A stretch of 64,000 bases of DNA from Octopus sinensis (taxonomy: Eukaryota). The notes beneath the pieces are model-generated. The model was not told the origin of the DNA, made no database searches, and worked only from the letters and a program-made list of their open reading frames with translations. Within the stretch, counting starts at the first letter, position 1, and each line of letters begins with the position of its first letter. A program made the position numbers and the translations under genes. The stretch lies in the NCBI RefSeq assembly GCF_006345805.1, contig NC_042997.1, positions 206,026,001 to 206,090,000 on the forward strand, read 5' to 3'. Below, piece by piece: positions 40,504-52,370 of the stretch.

Positions 40504-40547
<44 letters not shown>

Positions 40548-40669
40548 TTGGCAGAGGGCATATAGAAACAGATTTGACTGGGCCTGATGAAGCCTTCTGG
40601 CTTCACAGACCCAGTAGACCGTCCAACCCATGCTAGCATATATATATGATATATGATGATGATATATAT

Positions 40670-41523
40670 AACTTATAAATGAGAGCAAACGAAAAAATTT
40701 TCTCATGCCATATACCGAAAATTAGACATATTGTCCATAACCATTATAATTTTTCACAGAACACACACTACTCCAAAAAAGGTCGACAGATATTTCTAAA
40801 AAATTCCGTTATTATCATATCGGACCGATTTCAGGATTAGCTCGTAAGAGCCCTCCCTTCGTCAGTGATAAATGTGGCAAAGAAATAAATGAGATACTTA
40901 CTCATACCCATGGAAGAAGCAAATACTAAGTCACGGGCACAACTAAGTACGCCAAATACATCCAAAATAGAAATTCTCCAGCCCATTAGAGACACGTGCG
41001 ATTTGAACTGAGGCCCTCACAGCGTGAGGGAGTCCGGAAGTGAACACTATTAAATTTATATTTAATGTAGGATAAAATATTTTTCGAAAAAAATTTTATC
41101 AATGGCCAGCATATTTAAAAAATACCTTTAAAGGTTAAATTCATAAACAACTTATAAATGAGGGCAAACAAAAAAATTTTCTAATGCCATATGCCAAAAA
41201 TTAGACATATTGTCCATAACCATTATAATTTTTCACAGAATGCACGCTACTCCAAAAAAGGTCGACAGATATTTCTAAAAAATTCCGTTATTACCATATC
41301 GGACCGATTTCAGGATTAGCTCGTAAGAGCCCTCCCTTCGTCAAAAATTATAATGGTTATGGACAATATGTCTAATTTTCGGCTTATGGCATTAGAAAAT
41401 TTTTTCGTTTGCCCTCATTTATAAGTTCTTTAAAAATTTAACCTTTAAAGGTATTTCTTAATATGCTGGCCATTGATAAAAATTTTTTCGAAAAAAATTT
41501 TATCGTACATTAAATCTATATTT
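40670..41523 (-). mobile_element. Non-coding PLE-like element: two 195-bp direct repeats plus an inverted ~180-bp segment
   Basis: 40670-40864 matches 41149-41343; 41344-41523 is the reverse complement of ~41052-41233. Contains a hammerhead fold. The PLE assignment is inferred from this architecture and the ribozyme. Confidence 0.7.
40812..40871 (-). ncRNA. Type I hammerhead ribozyme (candidate), AUA cleavage triplet
   Basis: Minus strand: UUAUCA-CUGACGA-AGG[GAGGGCUCUUACGAGCUAAU]CCU-GAAA-UCGG-U-CCG-AUA-UGAUAA. Stem I is 6 bp, stem II closes AGG/CCU, stem III is near-palindromic. Confidence 0.8.
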
Positions 41524-41540
41524 ATATATATATATATAAT

Positions 41541-41863
41541 CAGTGGGGGACTGGCCAGGTTGCCAGCTTGCTTGATGGCAAGTGGCCTGCTGCACCATTA
41601 GAATCCATATATGAGGGCCCATATTAGTATTTAAGGGGCCCATCCCCTCAAGATTGAGAATTTTTTATTCACTTCTGGAAGAATGCATTAATTATCTCAG
41701 CTTGTGTTTGTTAACAATTGAAAAGAATTTTAATAAAAAAAAATTAAATGATAGCATTGTAGTTGCAGGTGCCCCCTTAAAGTTGCGGGTGGGCTCCCTT
41801 GTAGTTGCGGATGAGCTCCTTAGTCTCCTGGCAACCAATATTTTTAGACCCAGTCCGCCACTG
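41541..41863. mobile_element. hAT-type MITE
   Basis: 14-bp TIRs CAGTGG(G/C)GGACTGG and an exact 8-bp TSD TATATAAT (41533-41540 and 41864-41871). Confidence 0.88.
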
Positions 41864-42419
41864 TATATAATATATACATATACAAATAATCTCCACTCAT
41901 TCTATCTATCTCTTGTTCTTCCTTTGTTTTTCTCTACCACCCTTTCCTTGTTCTTTTCCTCTCCTCTTCACTGCTCTCTCTCTCTCTCACTCTTCCTCCT
42001 TGATTCTCTCGTTGCTCACATTTGACCAATGGCTATCTATCTTTCTTTCTTCCACTTCCTTCCTAAAGACAAGACACGCTTTTACCTATCTCTTCTCAAA
42101 GCTCGTTTTTCCAGCGTTCCCCACTTCACCTTAGTATGGCTTAACAGCCATCACCGTTTGTTTTTACTATTTTGTTCTAAGTGTCCTGTTTTTGCTACCA
42201 CTTTAATCCTCCACAAAAAATCCAAAATTTTATTTTATTTGCTTTGCGGAAAGGACTGTTTTAACAAAGTCGCATCTTGTCCCTAACTTCAAAATGCAAA
42301 GTAGATAAAACAAGGGACAACTGATGGAGGGAATGTTCTTTGTTGTATGTCTCGTTTCTCTATTTGTTTCTTTCGTTGTTTGAAAAAAGTTCGTTTTCCA
42401 TGTTTTTGTTTTTTATGTT

Positions 42420-43500
42420 CTCATTTCTCATTTTGGTCACATATTTTGATGCCCTGCACCCATATATGCATGTTGGTGACAAAGGTCCTCTCGCTCAGAG
42501 TAAAAGGCAGACTGTATGACACTGGTGTATGAACAGCCATGCTACATGGCAGTGAAACATGGGCTGTGACTGCTGAGGACATGCGTAAGATCACAAGGAA
42601 TGAAGTTAGTATGATCCGATGGATGTGTAATGTCAGTGTCCATACTCGACAGAGTGTAAGTGCCTTGAGAGAAAAGTTGGACCTAAGAAGCATCAAATGT
42701 GGTGTACAGGAGAGACGACTGCACTGGTATGGTCATGTGGTGAGAATGGATAAGGATAGCTGTGTGAAAAAGTGCCACACCCCAGCAGTTGAGGGACCCT
42801 GTGGAAGAGGTAGACTCAGGAAGACCTGGGATGAAGTGGTGAAGCACGACCTTCGAACATTAGGCCTCACTGAAGTAATGACTAGTGACCAAGACTTTTG
42901 GAAATATGGTGTGCTTGAGAAGACCTGGCAAGCCAAATGAGACCATAACCTCGTGGCCTATGCCAGGGGTGTAACCAGCCCACTTATGCGTACCTTTCCT
43001 TCATTGGACACTAAACTCTGCTTGTGAAGACCTGTTGAGGCAAGTGAAATCGAAATCAAAATCGATGACTGGCATCCGTGCTAGTGGAGCGCTAAAAGTA
43101 CCACCCAAGCATGATCGTTGCCAGAGTGAGTAACTGGCTTCCGTACCGGTGGCACGTAAAAAGCACCATTTGAGTGTGATCATTACCAACGGCACCTTAC
43201 TAGCACTTTGCTCGTTGCACATGAAAAAACATTCGAGCGAGGTCGTTGCCAGTGCTGCTGGACTGGCTCTTGTGCAGGCGGCACATAAAAACACCATTTG
43301 AGTGTGGCCATTACCAGTACCGCCTGACGTAAAAGCACCCACTACACTCTCGGAGTGTTTGGCATTAAGAAGGGCATCCAGCTGTTGAAACTCTGCCAGA
43401 TCAGATTGGATCCTGGTGCAGCCATCTGGTTCGCCAGATCTCAGTCAAATCATCCAACTCATGCCAGCATGGAAAGTGGACATTAACGATGATGATGATG
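42420..43500 (+). mobile_element. RTE LINE 3' fragment with (GAT)n tail
   Basis: ORF 42539-42940 (MLHGSETW...RLHWYGHV...GRLRKTWDEVVKHDLRTLGL), 3' UTR, then CATGGAAAGTGGACATTAAC(GAT)n. Confidence 0.9.
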
Positions 43501-43509
43501 ATATAAATG

Positions 43510-43919
43510 AATAATAGGTGAGTGTACAGATACAAATCCCTTACAGCCGTTTCTACCAGGAGGCCTCAAATACTTCCAAGTTATGTTAATCACATCAGTG
43601 ATATACAGGGATGAACAGACATTGGACAGGGTTTGGATAATGAATACCATGGATTATAATAACACCTTAAAATTAAGTTCTTACCTTACCTTTCCTTATT
43701 TTACCCTACTCTATTTTTTTAACTGACTTTCCCACATGTTATAGAACTAACATTTGGACCCTCTGAAGAAATTTAAGGGCTCAACCATTATCCAAACCCT
43801 GTCCAATGTCTGTTCATCCCTGTATATCACTGATGTGATGAAGATAACTTGGAAGCTTTTGATGCCTCCTGGTAGAAACAGCTGTAAGGGATTTGTCTCT
43901 GTACACTCACCTATTATTA
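43510..43919. repeat. Inverted repeat: ~133-bp arms, ~143-bp spacer
   Basis: 43510-43642 is the reverse complement of 43786-43919 with some mismatches. The arms contain GAAAC(A/G)GCTGTAAGGG. Confidence 0.9.
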
Positions 43920-43925
43920 TTCATT

Positions 43926-43956
<31 letters not shown>

Positions 43957-44295
43957 ATCTGTTTATACAGTTATTAGCTTATTTCGTTTGTTTATTTGTA
44001 TCGCTCACACATATGTTTGTAATCAATTAATAAAAAGATATAATTGAATGTTTACAGAATGATGCCTGTCAATTGTTTATCCTCTCCATTTTCTTATTTG
44101 CCTTATAAATCCTGGGTAAATGTCTAATTTACCCCCACCCATACCTAATACTCAGTTGCGATATTGCCCTGCAATAGTAAACACTTGGTTAAAAATACGT
44201 AGGTACACATCCAGTAGCACACTGGATATTTAATATCCCTTAGATAGTTGTGCTTAACCTCTAACTCATACAGACATATATATATATGTATATAT

Positions 44296-44372
44296 ATAGT
44301 CCCCCCATATTTGTGGGGGTTGCATTCCTAGAGCACCTGCAAATAGTGAAAACTGTGAATATTGAATGTAGT
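44296..44372. mobile_element. Possible Tigger/pogo-type terminal sequence
   Basis: TAGTCCCCCCATATTTGTGGGGGTTGCATTCC...GCAAATAGTGAAAACTG resembles Tigger-type ends as I recall them. The partner end was not found. Confidence 0.35.
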
Positions 44373-44763
44373 CCCCAAAATGCCCATAAATTTCAAAATA
44401 CAACGTAAAATAAATTAATGGAATAATAATGGGGATAGTGGAGGTGGTGGTGATGGTGATTTAAACTGAACAAACAACAAAGAAAAGAAATCTGTTCACC
44501 AAGAGAGAGACAAACTTAGTTCTTATTAAATACCATTGTATATTAATGGGGGTAAAGACCCCCCTTGGTCATCAATGGCCATGGTATTGCACCTAGAAAG
44601 TTCCCCTCTGTCTATTAAAGAATCTTCTTCTAAATGATGGAATTGTATTGTTTCTTGGTATTGCAGCTGATAAATTACTGCAATAATATCACAGGTTAAC
44701 TATATATATTTTGAGTAAGAACATTTGTTGGATTAAATATGTTGTATATTTTATTTATTACAG

Positions 44764-44943
44764 GTATTTATGGTATACCCATAGAAGAAGGAACCAAATG
44801 TATAGTAACAACTATAAAGATTTATCTTGATACACACACAAATTCTAAAATAAAACATATTTGTTTGATTGATGTACGGAAAAAAGTAGTCAGTGCTTTT
44901 AAGCGTCATCTAGAAATGGTGTTTGGAATCAGTAAAAGCAGAG
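44764..44943 (+). CDS. PARP14: PARP14-like exon: end of macrodomain 1
   Basis: TTATTACAG acceptor, G|GTAGGA donor, 180 bp, phase 1-1. Encodes GIYGIPIEEGTKCIVTTIKIYLDTHTNSKIKHICLIDVRKKVVSAFKRHLEMVFGISKSR and completes the TGIYG motif across the junction. Confidence 0.9.
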
Positions 44944-45059
44944 GTAGGACTTGTTATTTGTTTGATATTTTAGTGAAAATTTAAATGATTTATTTCAGGT
45001 GTTAATTAAGATTTTTCCTCCTTCAGTCAACTTTTATCTGATTCCTATTATTCCTGGAT

Positions 45060-45230
45060 TTGTGGTTAAAAATATTCATTTCTAACCTTGTTGAATCCCA
45101 ATGTAAGGCAACTCAAGCAAATATCTTCTAGTATGGCCTTGAGCCAACCAAAGCCTTGTCAACTGGTTTGGGAGATGGAAACTGATACAAGGGACCCTCA
45201 TTATGTATTGTGTGTGTGTGTTTGTACCCC
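45060..45230 (+). mobile_element. Degenerate tRNA-derived SINE head
   Basis: TGTGGTTAA...CAAATATCTTCTAGTATGGCCTTGAGCCAACCAAAGCCTTG...GATGGAAACTGA, then (TG)n. Confidence 0.65.
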
Positions 45231-45289
45231 CGAACTAAATCTGATCCTGGGCCCTTCCAATTTGGCGTTTTTCCTAACACTTAATTCAT

Positions 45290-46400
45290 TAATGCATTAG
45301 TTAGTCTTAGATTTGGCTGCTTCTCACTCACTACCTCTTCCCTCACTTTCTTTAACCATACTGCATCTCCATTATGATTGACTTATCCCAAATATCACTC
45401 CAGAACTTTTTAGCTTCTTCTGCATTAGGTTTCTAATCTTCAGTACTTCGTTCTCCACTATCTATTTGGTTATAAAATCTCCTCTGGTCTGTCGCAAATA
45501 ATCTGTTCTGTTGATACTAATCTATTCTTATCTGATAGCTGGAAAGCTTACCTGCAACTGATATGATATGCTGTTTCAACTATTTTATGACTCTCCCAAA
45601 TCCTTTCACTTTGACTAAGTATCTTTTCTCAAGAGATTTGAATCTTGTATTCCCTAACTTGTTCAGTTTCCAGGTTTCTCTTCTACTCAGATCTTGTCTT
45701 AAAGTCTTATCTTTATTTTGTAGTCTCCTTTTCCACATTTGCTCTTTTTTAATCTTTCCCTGTGAGATACTAATCTTCTGGTGACTACTGCCTCTCCTAC
45801 ATAGATCAGTAAATTAGTGTCTTCTATACTTTTTAGTATCTATCCTACTGATATCAGTATCTACTTTCCTAGTCATTTCTAGCTGCTTCTGTCTGTTGGT
45901 GCCTTTTAATACTGGCAATCTTTTTCTTACTTTTTCACTTCCTGCAACTCATCTAAAATTTAACTGATCTTCCTCACTTAAATCATTCAAGTCGTTGGTG
46001 CCAGTTGTCCCTTCCTTATTGGTAGCACTATTGTTATTTTTCCTTTTAAGTTCTTCTGACCTGTATCTCTTATGTTGTTTGTCTTTCCTACTGCATGGTT
46101 TTTTTCTTTTCCAGTTCTCTTGCGATCTCTTCTACTTCCAATCCTGTCTTCCACTTTAAACAAACCCTTCTCTACCCAATGTGTTAACATATGTTTTCTA
46201 TAGCCCCTTCTTTTAGGTTCACTTTCTAAATAGCACTGCATCACTATCCTGTTTTTTTTTTTTTGCTGGTTCATTTCCTGCCTCTTTGTTCTATTATCTA
46301 ATGATGCTGTCTCAGGATAACAGCTGTGGTCTGTCTGCATCTTTTCTGGACCACAGCTGTGTGAGAGGCCTCCTTTAAAGGTCCAGCTTAGTTTTCTCTG
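45290..46400 (-). mobile_element. R4/Dong-like (RLE-type) non-LTR retrotransposon N-terminal fragment
   Basis: VMQCYLESEPKRRGYRKHM...W and, downstream, LKQHIISVAGKLSSYQIR...QQNRLFATDQRRFY, motifs I associate with the N-terminus of R4-clade ORFs. Confidence 0.6.
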
Positions 46401-47274
46401 TTACAGCCAGAGTTTTTTCAGAAACTCCTGTCTTTCATAAACTAAAGTAAAGTAATGCTCATCACCATCGTCACCCCCACTATTATTTTTTGACATTTGT
46501 TAGTTTCAAGCAACTTTCTATTGCATCACATGCTGCATTTTTGTGCTGGTGGGGTGGAGTGTGCTGTACTTTTTTGTGGGGCATGGAGAATATTGCATTG
46601 TATTAGTATGTTTTGTCATGAGTTTGGTTTGAGTTTTCTGATATATTAGTTTTTGTATCGTGTGTTGTTTGTACAATGCAGGTTGTGTTCTTCTGTTGGG
46701 TATCAGACTTGTATGGCACATGACGTGGGATTTGTCCATTTTATTGGGTATTTACTGTATGAGTTTATTTCTGTATGTTTTTGGAGGAGTGTTGCATTGT
46801 AGTGTGTGTAAATCATAAATCAACCATTTCACAGTATTCATGATTATCTATCCACCGTTCTTTCTCTTTTCGTTGGTTTTGTTATGGGTCCCTCTTTACT
46901 TTTTGACTGAACACTGCCCATGGACATTTGTTGATGTTTTTTTTTTGTAGGTATAATTATTATTGATGCATCAGTGAGAGACCGAGAAGAAACAGCAATG
47001 TGTATATATAAAGAGGTCTTCTATAAATATGGATGTATATGTAATTAAAATTTAAATTTTACTCACAGGCTTGCAGTTTTCATATAGAAATATTATAGTC
47101 CAAATGTTTACATTTTAATACACCTTTTGCTGTGGAAGCTCATCTTGGAGAATCGAATTTTTGTATATATATTCCATATAAGAAAACTCAGTTTCCTGAG
47201 GTGGTGTATATTAAGACATAGTTTTCTTTCATTGTTTTTGTGGATTGTTAATACCTGCATTGTGATGGTTAACT

Positions 47275-47477
47275 AGCACGTGGTGACAAAGTGGTCAATC
47301 TTACCCAGAAAGTGGCAAAGAGGAAGCTGTCCTTGAAAGGTCGAACAGAGGTGGCAAATGCCTACATCACCTCCATCATCATTTATCATCTGAACATTAT
47401 GCCTTGCCTCAGTTATTGCTTAATCAAGCTGGATCATCTCTTGTTCATGTTCTTGTGGAAGGGATGCATTCCAATGG
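47275..47477 (+). mobile_element. L1/Tx1 LINE fragment
   Basis: RKLSLKGRTEVANAYITSIIIYHL...LLFMFLWKG, the post-RT region of L1/Tx1 ORF2. Confidence 0.7.
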
Positions 47478-50400
47478 TGTTGTGGAAGCATTCCAATCAC
47501 CCGCAGATGAATAAAAATGGACTGACACATTACCATAAAATAAAATAATTGACTGTCAGCAATTGATTGATTGGTAAACGGTTCCCTGTGAGCCATGACT
47601 GAGAGAGTATTATGTTGTAGTGCATTTGTGTGAATACTTTGTTCTTTCCCTGCTTTGTCATATTTTATATCCAATACAAGGATATAAAAGTGGCAGTGAG
47701 TTGTTTGAAACTTACGTTGAACGTTTATATATATATTTTTTTTTGTATGAAACCAAAGAAAATGTTTTAATATGAAAGACTTATTGACCTCCATGGTGCA
47801 GTTGCAACAGTATCAACGACAGCAACTACTACAGTGAGAACAATAGAACCAACAGTTGCTGGAATTAATGTTAAAGAAGTCTGAAAATACTTCCAGTTCT
47901 TACTCGCCAGATAGTGTAACAAACTTGATTGAAGAATTCAGCTATAAACCAGAAGAAAGGATTACCTTCTCTGTATATTTTTGAAGATATGAAGAAATCT
48001 TCAAAGATGGATGTAAAAGTTGGATGGATGAGAAAAATGTACAACTACTTTTAAGAAATTTACCCCCCTACCAAACACGAAAAATTTAGTAATTATATTC
48101 TGCTGAAGAAACCAGGTGACATTTGTTTCAATGAAACAATTGTTACTGAAAATTTTCAGTGAAAAAAGTTCCTTGTTCAATACTTGCTGGCAATGTTTAA
48201 ATTTGGTCAAAAAAGATTACGAAGATTTCATCACATATGCTGAAGTGATTAACAGAGAGTGTGAGAAGTTCAAATTGAATAAGTTGACCCCAGCAATGTT
48301 CAAATGTTTAATCTTTGTTCAAGGTCTAACTGTAAGCAAAGGTGCAGATATATGTTCCTGGATATTAAAAAAATTAGAATGAGACCAAAAATTAACTCTA
48401 CGGGCAGTAGCATAAGAATACTAGAGGATTATAAATCTATGGCATGACATAAAATTGAAGAGAAAGATTGCCCTCAAATTCATGCATGTCAATCGGTGAT
48501 AGATAAGAAAAAGAGATAAAGATGTCAAGACCGAAGCCTTGCTATAGGTACAATGTTATTCATTTTAAAAGTAGATGTCTGTCAAAAAATATAAAATGCT
48601 TCAAGTGTGGTAAGTTAGTTAGTTAGTTAGTTAATTTGGCTCAAAAGCAAATAGCAAGGCCATGTAGGGGGACATGGAGTTAAGTACAGGGTGGTGTTCA
48701 TGTAAAGAGTTCAGGCCACTTGAGGTCCAGGGAGGCTTTGAACAAAGCGGTCGTCGGCATCTTCACCATCTCGTCTGGCAGCTTGTTCCACAGATCCGCA
48801 ACCCGGACGGAGAAAGCTCCTCTCCTTCGATTGAGATGAAATCGTCGCAGGTAGAGCTTTTCGGAATGACCCCGCAGCCAATGCTCTGGAGCAGGAGTGA
48901 AGAACAGCTCTTTCGAGAGGTTACACTTTCCGTTTATGATGTGGGCAAGAATGAGATCACCACGGCGGCGGCGTTTTTCAAGAGAATAAAGGTCGAGCAT
49001 CCTCAGCTTTTCTTTGTAGGACAAAGATAGGTCATAAAAAATCACATAGCAAGAGGGAACCTAAAAGACAGTTTAATAGAAAAAAATCCCATAAAGAAGG
49101 TATTGACAACAAAAAATACAAATGAGCCTCAATGGAAATTTGTGTTTGTAAAAATTAATAACACAAATGTAAAGTTACAATTGGAAACGTGCAGTGTTAT
49201 CTCAATAATTAATACAGATAAATGGAAACAATCAGGTAAGCTGGATAGAAAGGCATTTTGAAAATTGCATGCAGTGTTTCAGAAAAAAAAAACTACATTT
49301 TAAGGACAAAATAATAAACAATTTTACATTTTATGGAAGAACTTTAAAAGCCAAAGTTTTTGTATTGAATAATACAACAAATCTATTTGGAAGTGACTGG
49401 ATGGAATTATTTAATTTATGAAACCTCCCCATATATCTTTTCTCAAAAAAAGGTGAATGGTTATATTTTTCCGGAAGTTTTGTCTAATAAATTAGGTCTT
49501 TGCACAAAAACAAAGGTGAAGTATCGAGTAAAAGAAAATGCAGAACCAATTGAAGATACTGTAATTGCTGCATTACAAGCAAGAAATGAAATTAAAAATG
49601 TTTCGTGTAATGTTATATGTGAACTACCAGTTACATTACAAGACAAAATTAAGAGCAGAAAACGATCAGTTCATTAACAAAAATGGACGAAATGCCGAGG
49701 GCTAAAAGGGATAAAACTATGTGTTTTTCTGAACATAACACAAATTCGAACCCATTCTCAACCTGTGACAATATTTCGATGTATGCACAAAGAGTTGTGC
49801 CGGCCATGCTATAAAAGTGATAATTAAAGGAATTTCATATTGATCACCCAGGGATTTTGAGAGTGAAATCACTAATGAGAAGTTATGCGTATTGGCCAAC
49901 AATGGAGCATGACATTGAAGAAGTAGTCAAAGCATGCAGAGGTTTGCCCTAGCTGCAAAAGCACCTCCACTAAATGGCATCCATGGCCAAAAACAGATAT
50001 TCCAAGGTCCAGACTGCATGTTGATTATGCAGGTCCACTTAAGGATTCTTATTACATTATTGTAGTGGACGATCTTTCAAAGTGGCTGGAAGTGCATAAA
50101 TGTAAAAAGCCAACATTTGCGGTTACATTAAGTTTTTTTTTACACAAATTTTTCATCGGATATGGTATTCCTGATACTTTTGTGTCTGATAACGAAACTC
50201 AGTTTACTTCAGACAAGTTCAAAATGTTTTGTAAAATGTTATGATACATGGATACATATAACCACTCTGCCGTATCATCCTAGGTTAAATAGACAAGCAA
50301 AATGTTTTTTTTTGACACTTTTAAAGGGCCTTAAAAAAGGAAAATGATGAAGTATTGGATGACCTTGCATTTCATCAATTTCTAAGAGAATACACCATCC

Positions 50401-50947
50401 AGAATGTCACCTGCAGAATTGATGTTTTCTAGAAAGGTCAGATCCAATATTGGTAAGTTGATACCAAGTGAAACTAGAAAAAAACAAACAACAAAAATAT
50501 TTTAAGTTAGGTGACAAAGATTTTGTTTAAAGTTTATAGATATTGTTAAGAAAGTTGGGATGATGTAATTATTAAACAAATTGGAAGAATGTTACTCCTG
50601 AACTTAAAAAGATTCACAGAAAAAACGGTGACAAGAAATGAAATCCCCATGGAAGTATTGTATGATATATTTGAGGTACCAACATCCAAAGAATTTGAAA
50701 CTACACCTAGCACCAGAAAATGGAAAAGAATGGAAACACTGGAATTAAACCTTAAACATAAGAGCTATTAAAACTCTGAGAAGCCAGGAGAGACTAATTC
50801 TAAAAACGGGAGATGTTGTAGAAGGATTCTGCCTCTCCTCTCCCAAATGAATAAAATGGACTGAGACAATACTATAAAATAAAGAACTGACTGTCAGCAA
50901 TTTATTGATTGTAAGCAGTTCATTTTGAGCTCTGACAGAGAGTATTA
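47478..50947 (+). mobile_element. Decayed Ty3/Gypsy LTR retrotransposon (most of RT/RNase H deleted)
   Basis: Similar LTR starts TGTTGT at 47478 and 50814, the latter after a purine tract AAAAACGGGAGA. Gag FSEKSSLFN...FKCLIFVQGL; zinc knuckle; protease-like LQLETCSVISII; integrase remnants VVDDLSKWLEV, YGIPDTFVSDNETQFTS, PYHPRLN. Confidence 0.88.
48615..49026 (-). mobile_element. CR1-like LINE 3' end with (CTAA)n tail, inserted in the Gypsy zinc knuckle
   Basis: LYSLEKRRRRGDLI...LRGHSEKL...FSVRVADLWNKLP. The flanks rejoin as CFKCGK|IGHKKSH. Confidence 0.9.
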
Positions 50948-52050
50948 TCATCATCATCATGTGTTCGTTATCCATGCTGGTATGGGTTGGATGGTTTGAC
51001 TCAGTTGGCATGCAGGATAAGGCTGTGCAAAACTCCAGTCTGATTTGGCCTGGTTTTCTATGGCTGGATGCCCTTCCTAACACCAACCACTCCAAGAGTG
51101 TAATGGGTATGTTTACATGCCACTGGCACAGGTGCCAATTTGTGTAGCATCAGTATCTGCCACAACTGTGGTTTTGTTTGTCTTGATGGATCTTCTTCTG
51201 AAGCACAACATAATGCCAAAGGTCTTGATCATTGTCTCTGTGAGGCCCAACACTTGAAAGGAACTCAGCCACTTTGCCTCTACGAGGCCCAGTGCTCGAA
51301 AGGAACCCAGCCACTTCACCTCCATGAGGCCCATTCAAAATGAACTAAGCTATCTCACCTCTTTGAGGCCCATTCAAAAGGAACTAAGCCACCTCACCTC
51401 TTTGAGGCCTGTTCAAAAAGAACTCAGCCACCTTGCCTCCGTGAGGCCCAACACTCAGAAAGAATTTCAGCCACTTTACCTCCATGAGGCCTAACGCTTG
51501 AAAGGAACTCAAGTACTTTGTCTCTGTGAGGTCCACTCAAAAGGATCTCAGCCACTTCGCCTCCATGAGGCCCAAAACTTGAAAGGAATTCATTCACATT
51601 GCCTCCATGTGGCCCAATGCTCGAAGGGTACTCAGTCACTTTGCCTCCATGAGGCCTGACTTTCAAGGTTGATTGTTTTTTATGTGCCATTGGCTTGGGT
51701 GCACTTGGCTTGACAGGTCCCCTCACACCACAGGTCCATTACACCAAAGGTCACGGTCACAAGTCATTACCTCTGTGAGGTTCAAAGTTCAAAGGTCATA
51801 CTTGACCGCCTCATCCTATGTCTTCCTGTGTCTACCTCTACTATAGGTTCCTCTACAGTTAGAGATCAGGACTTCTTTACACAACTGTCCTTGTCCATAC
51901 ACATCACATGACCACACCAGCACAGTCGTCTCTCTTGCACACCACATCTGATGCTTCTTATGGTTAAGTTTTTTCTCAAGACGTTTACACTCTGTCGAAC
52001 ATGCACACTGACATTGCACATCCAGCGAAGCATACTAGCTTCATTTCTTT
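50948..52050 (-). mobile_element. RTE LINE 3' fragment inserted in the Gypsy 3' LTR
   Basis: (ATC)n tail at ~50948 interrupts the LTR after GAGTATTAT; coding remnant ERNEASMLRWMCNVS at 51866-52050. Confidence 0.85.
51239..51657. repeat. Degenerate 38-42-bp minisatellite, about 10 units
   Basis: Unit resembles TGAGGCCCAACGCTTGAAAGGAACTCAGCCACTTCGCCTCCA. Confidence 0.88.
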
Positions 52051-52189
52051 CAACCCAATACAGTCCTCGGTAAAGAATAGACGAAGACTGGGCACCTGGC
52101 ACCTAGAAGGTCATCAGGTGCTCACTGTCCTCTACCAGTCAGGCAAAAGGATCGATGGATGTTCCCCTTTTATAGAGGATTAGTGGAAA

Positions 52190-52370
52190 ATTAGTGTGAC
52201 AATGTCCTAGGGGAGATGCTAGGCATCAATGGACAAGCAGAACATTTTGTTGACACTTGAAAGAGGGTGCTGAATAAGGTGAACAGTGAAGTTATGGATG
52301 ACCTTACACTTCAACAATTTCTAAGAGCATTCCGAGTAACCCCAAATCTGAACACACAGTCTGGAATACA
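52190..52370 (+). mobile_element. Gypsy integrase C-terminal fragment
   Basis: NGQAEHFVDT*KRVL...TLQQFLRAFRVTPN, paralogous to 50290-50410. Confidence 0.6.

Noticed and set aside
40573-40620. CTGATGAAGCC-TTCT-GGCTTC as a hammerhead
   Set aside because: No GAAA after the hairpin; the sequence is part of the RTE/SINE-type 3' tail.
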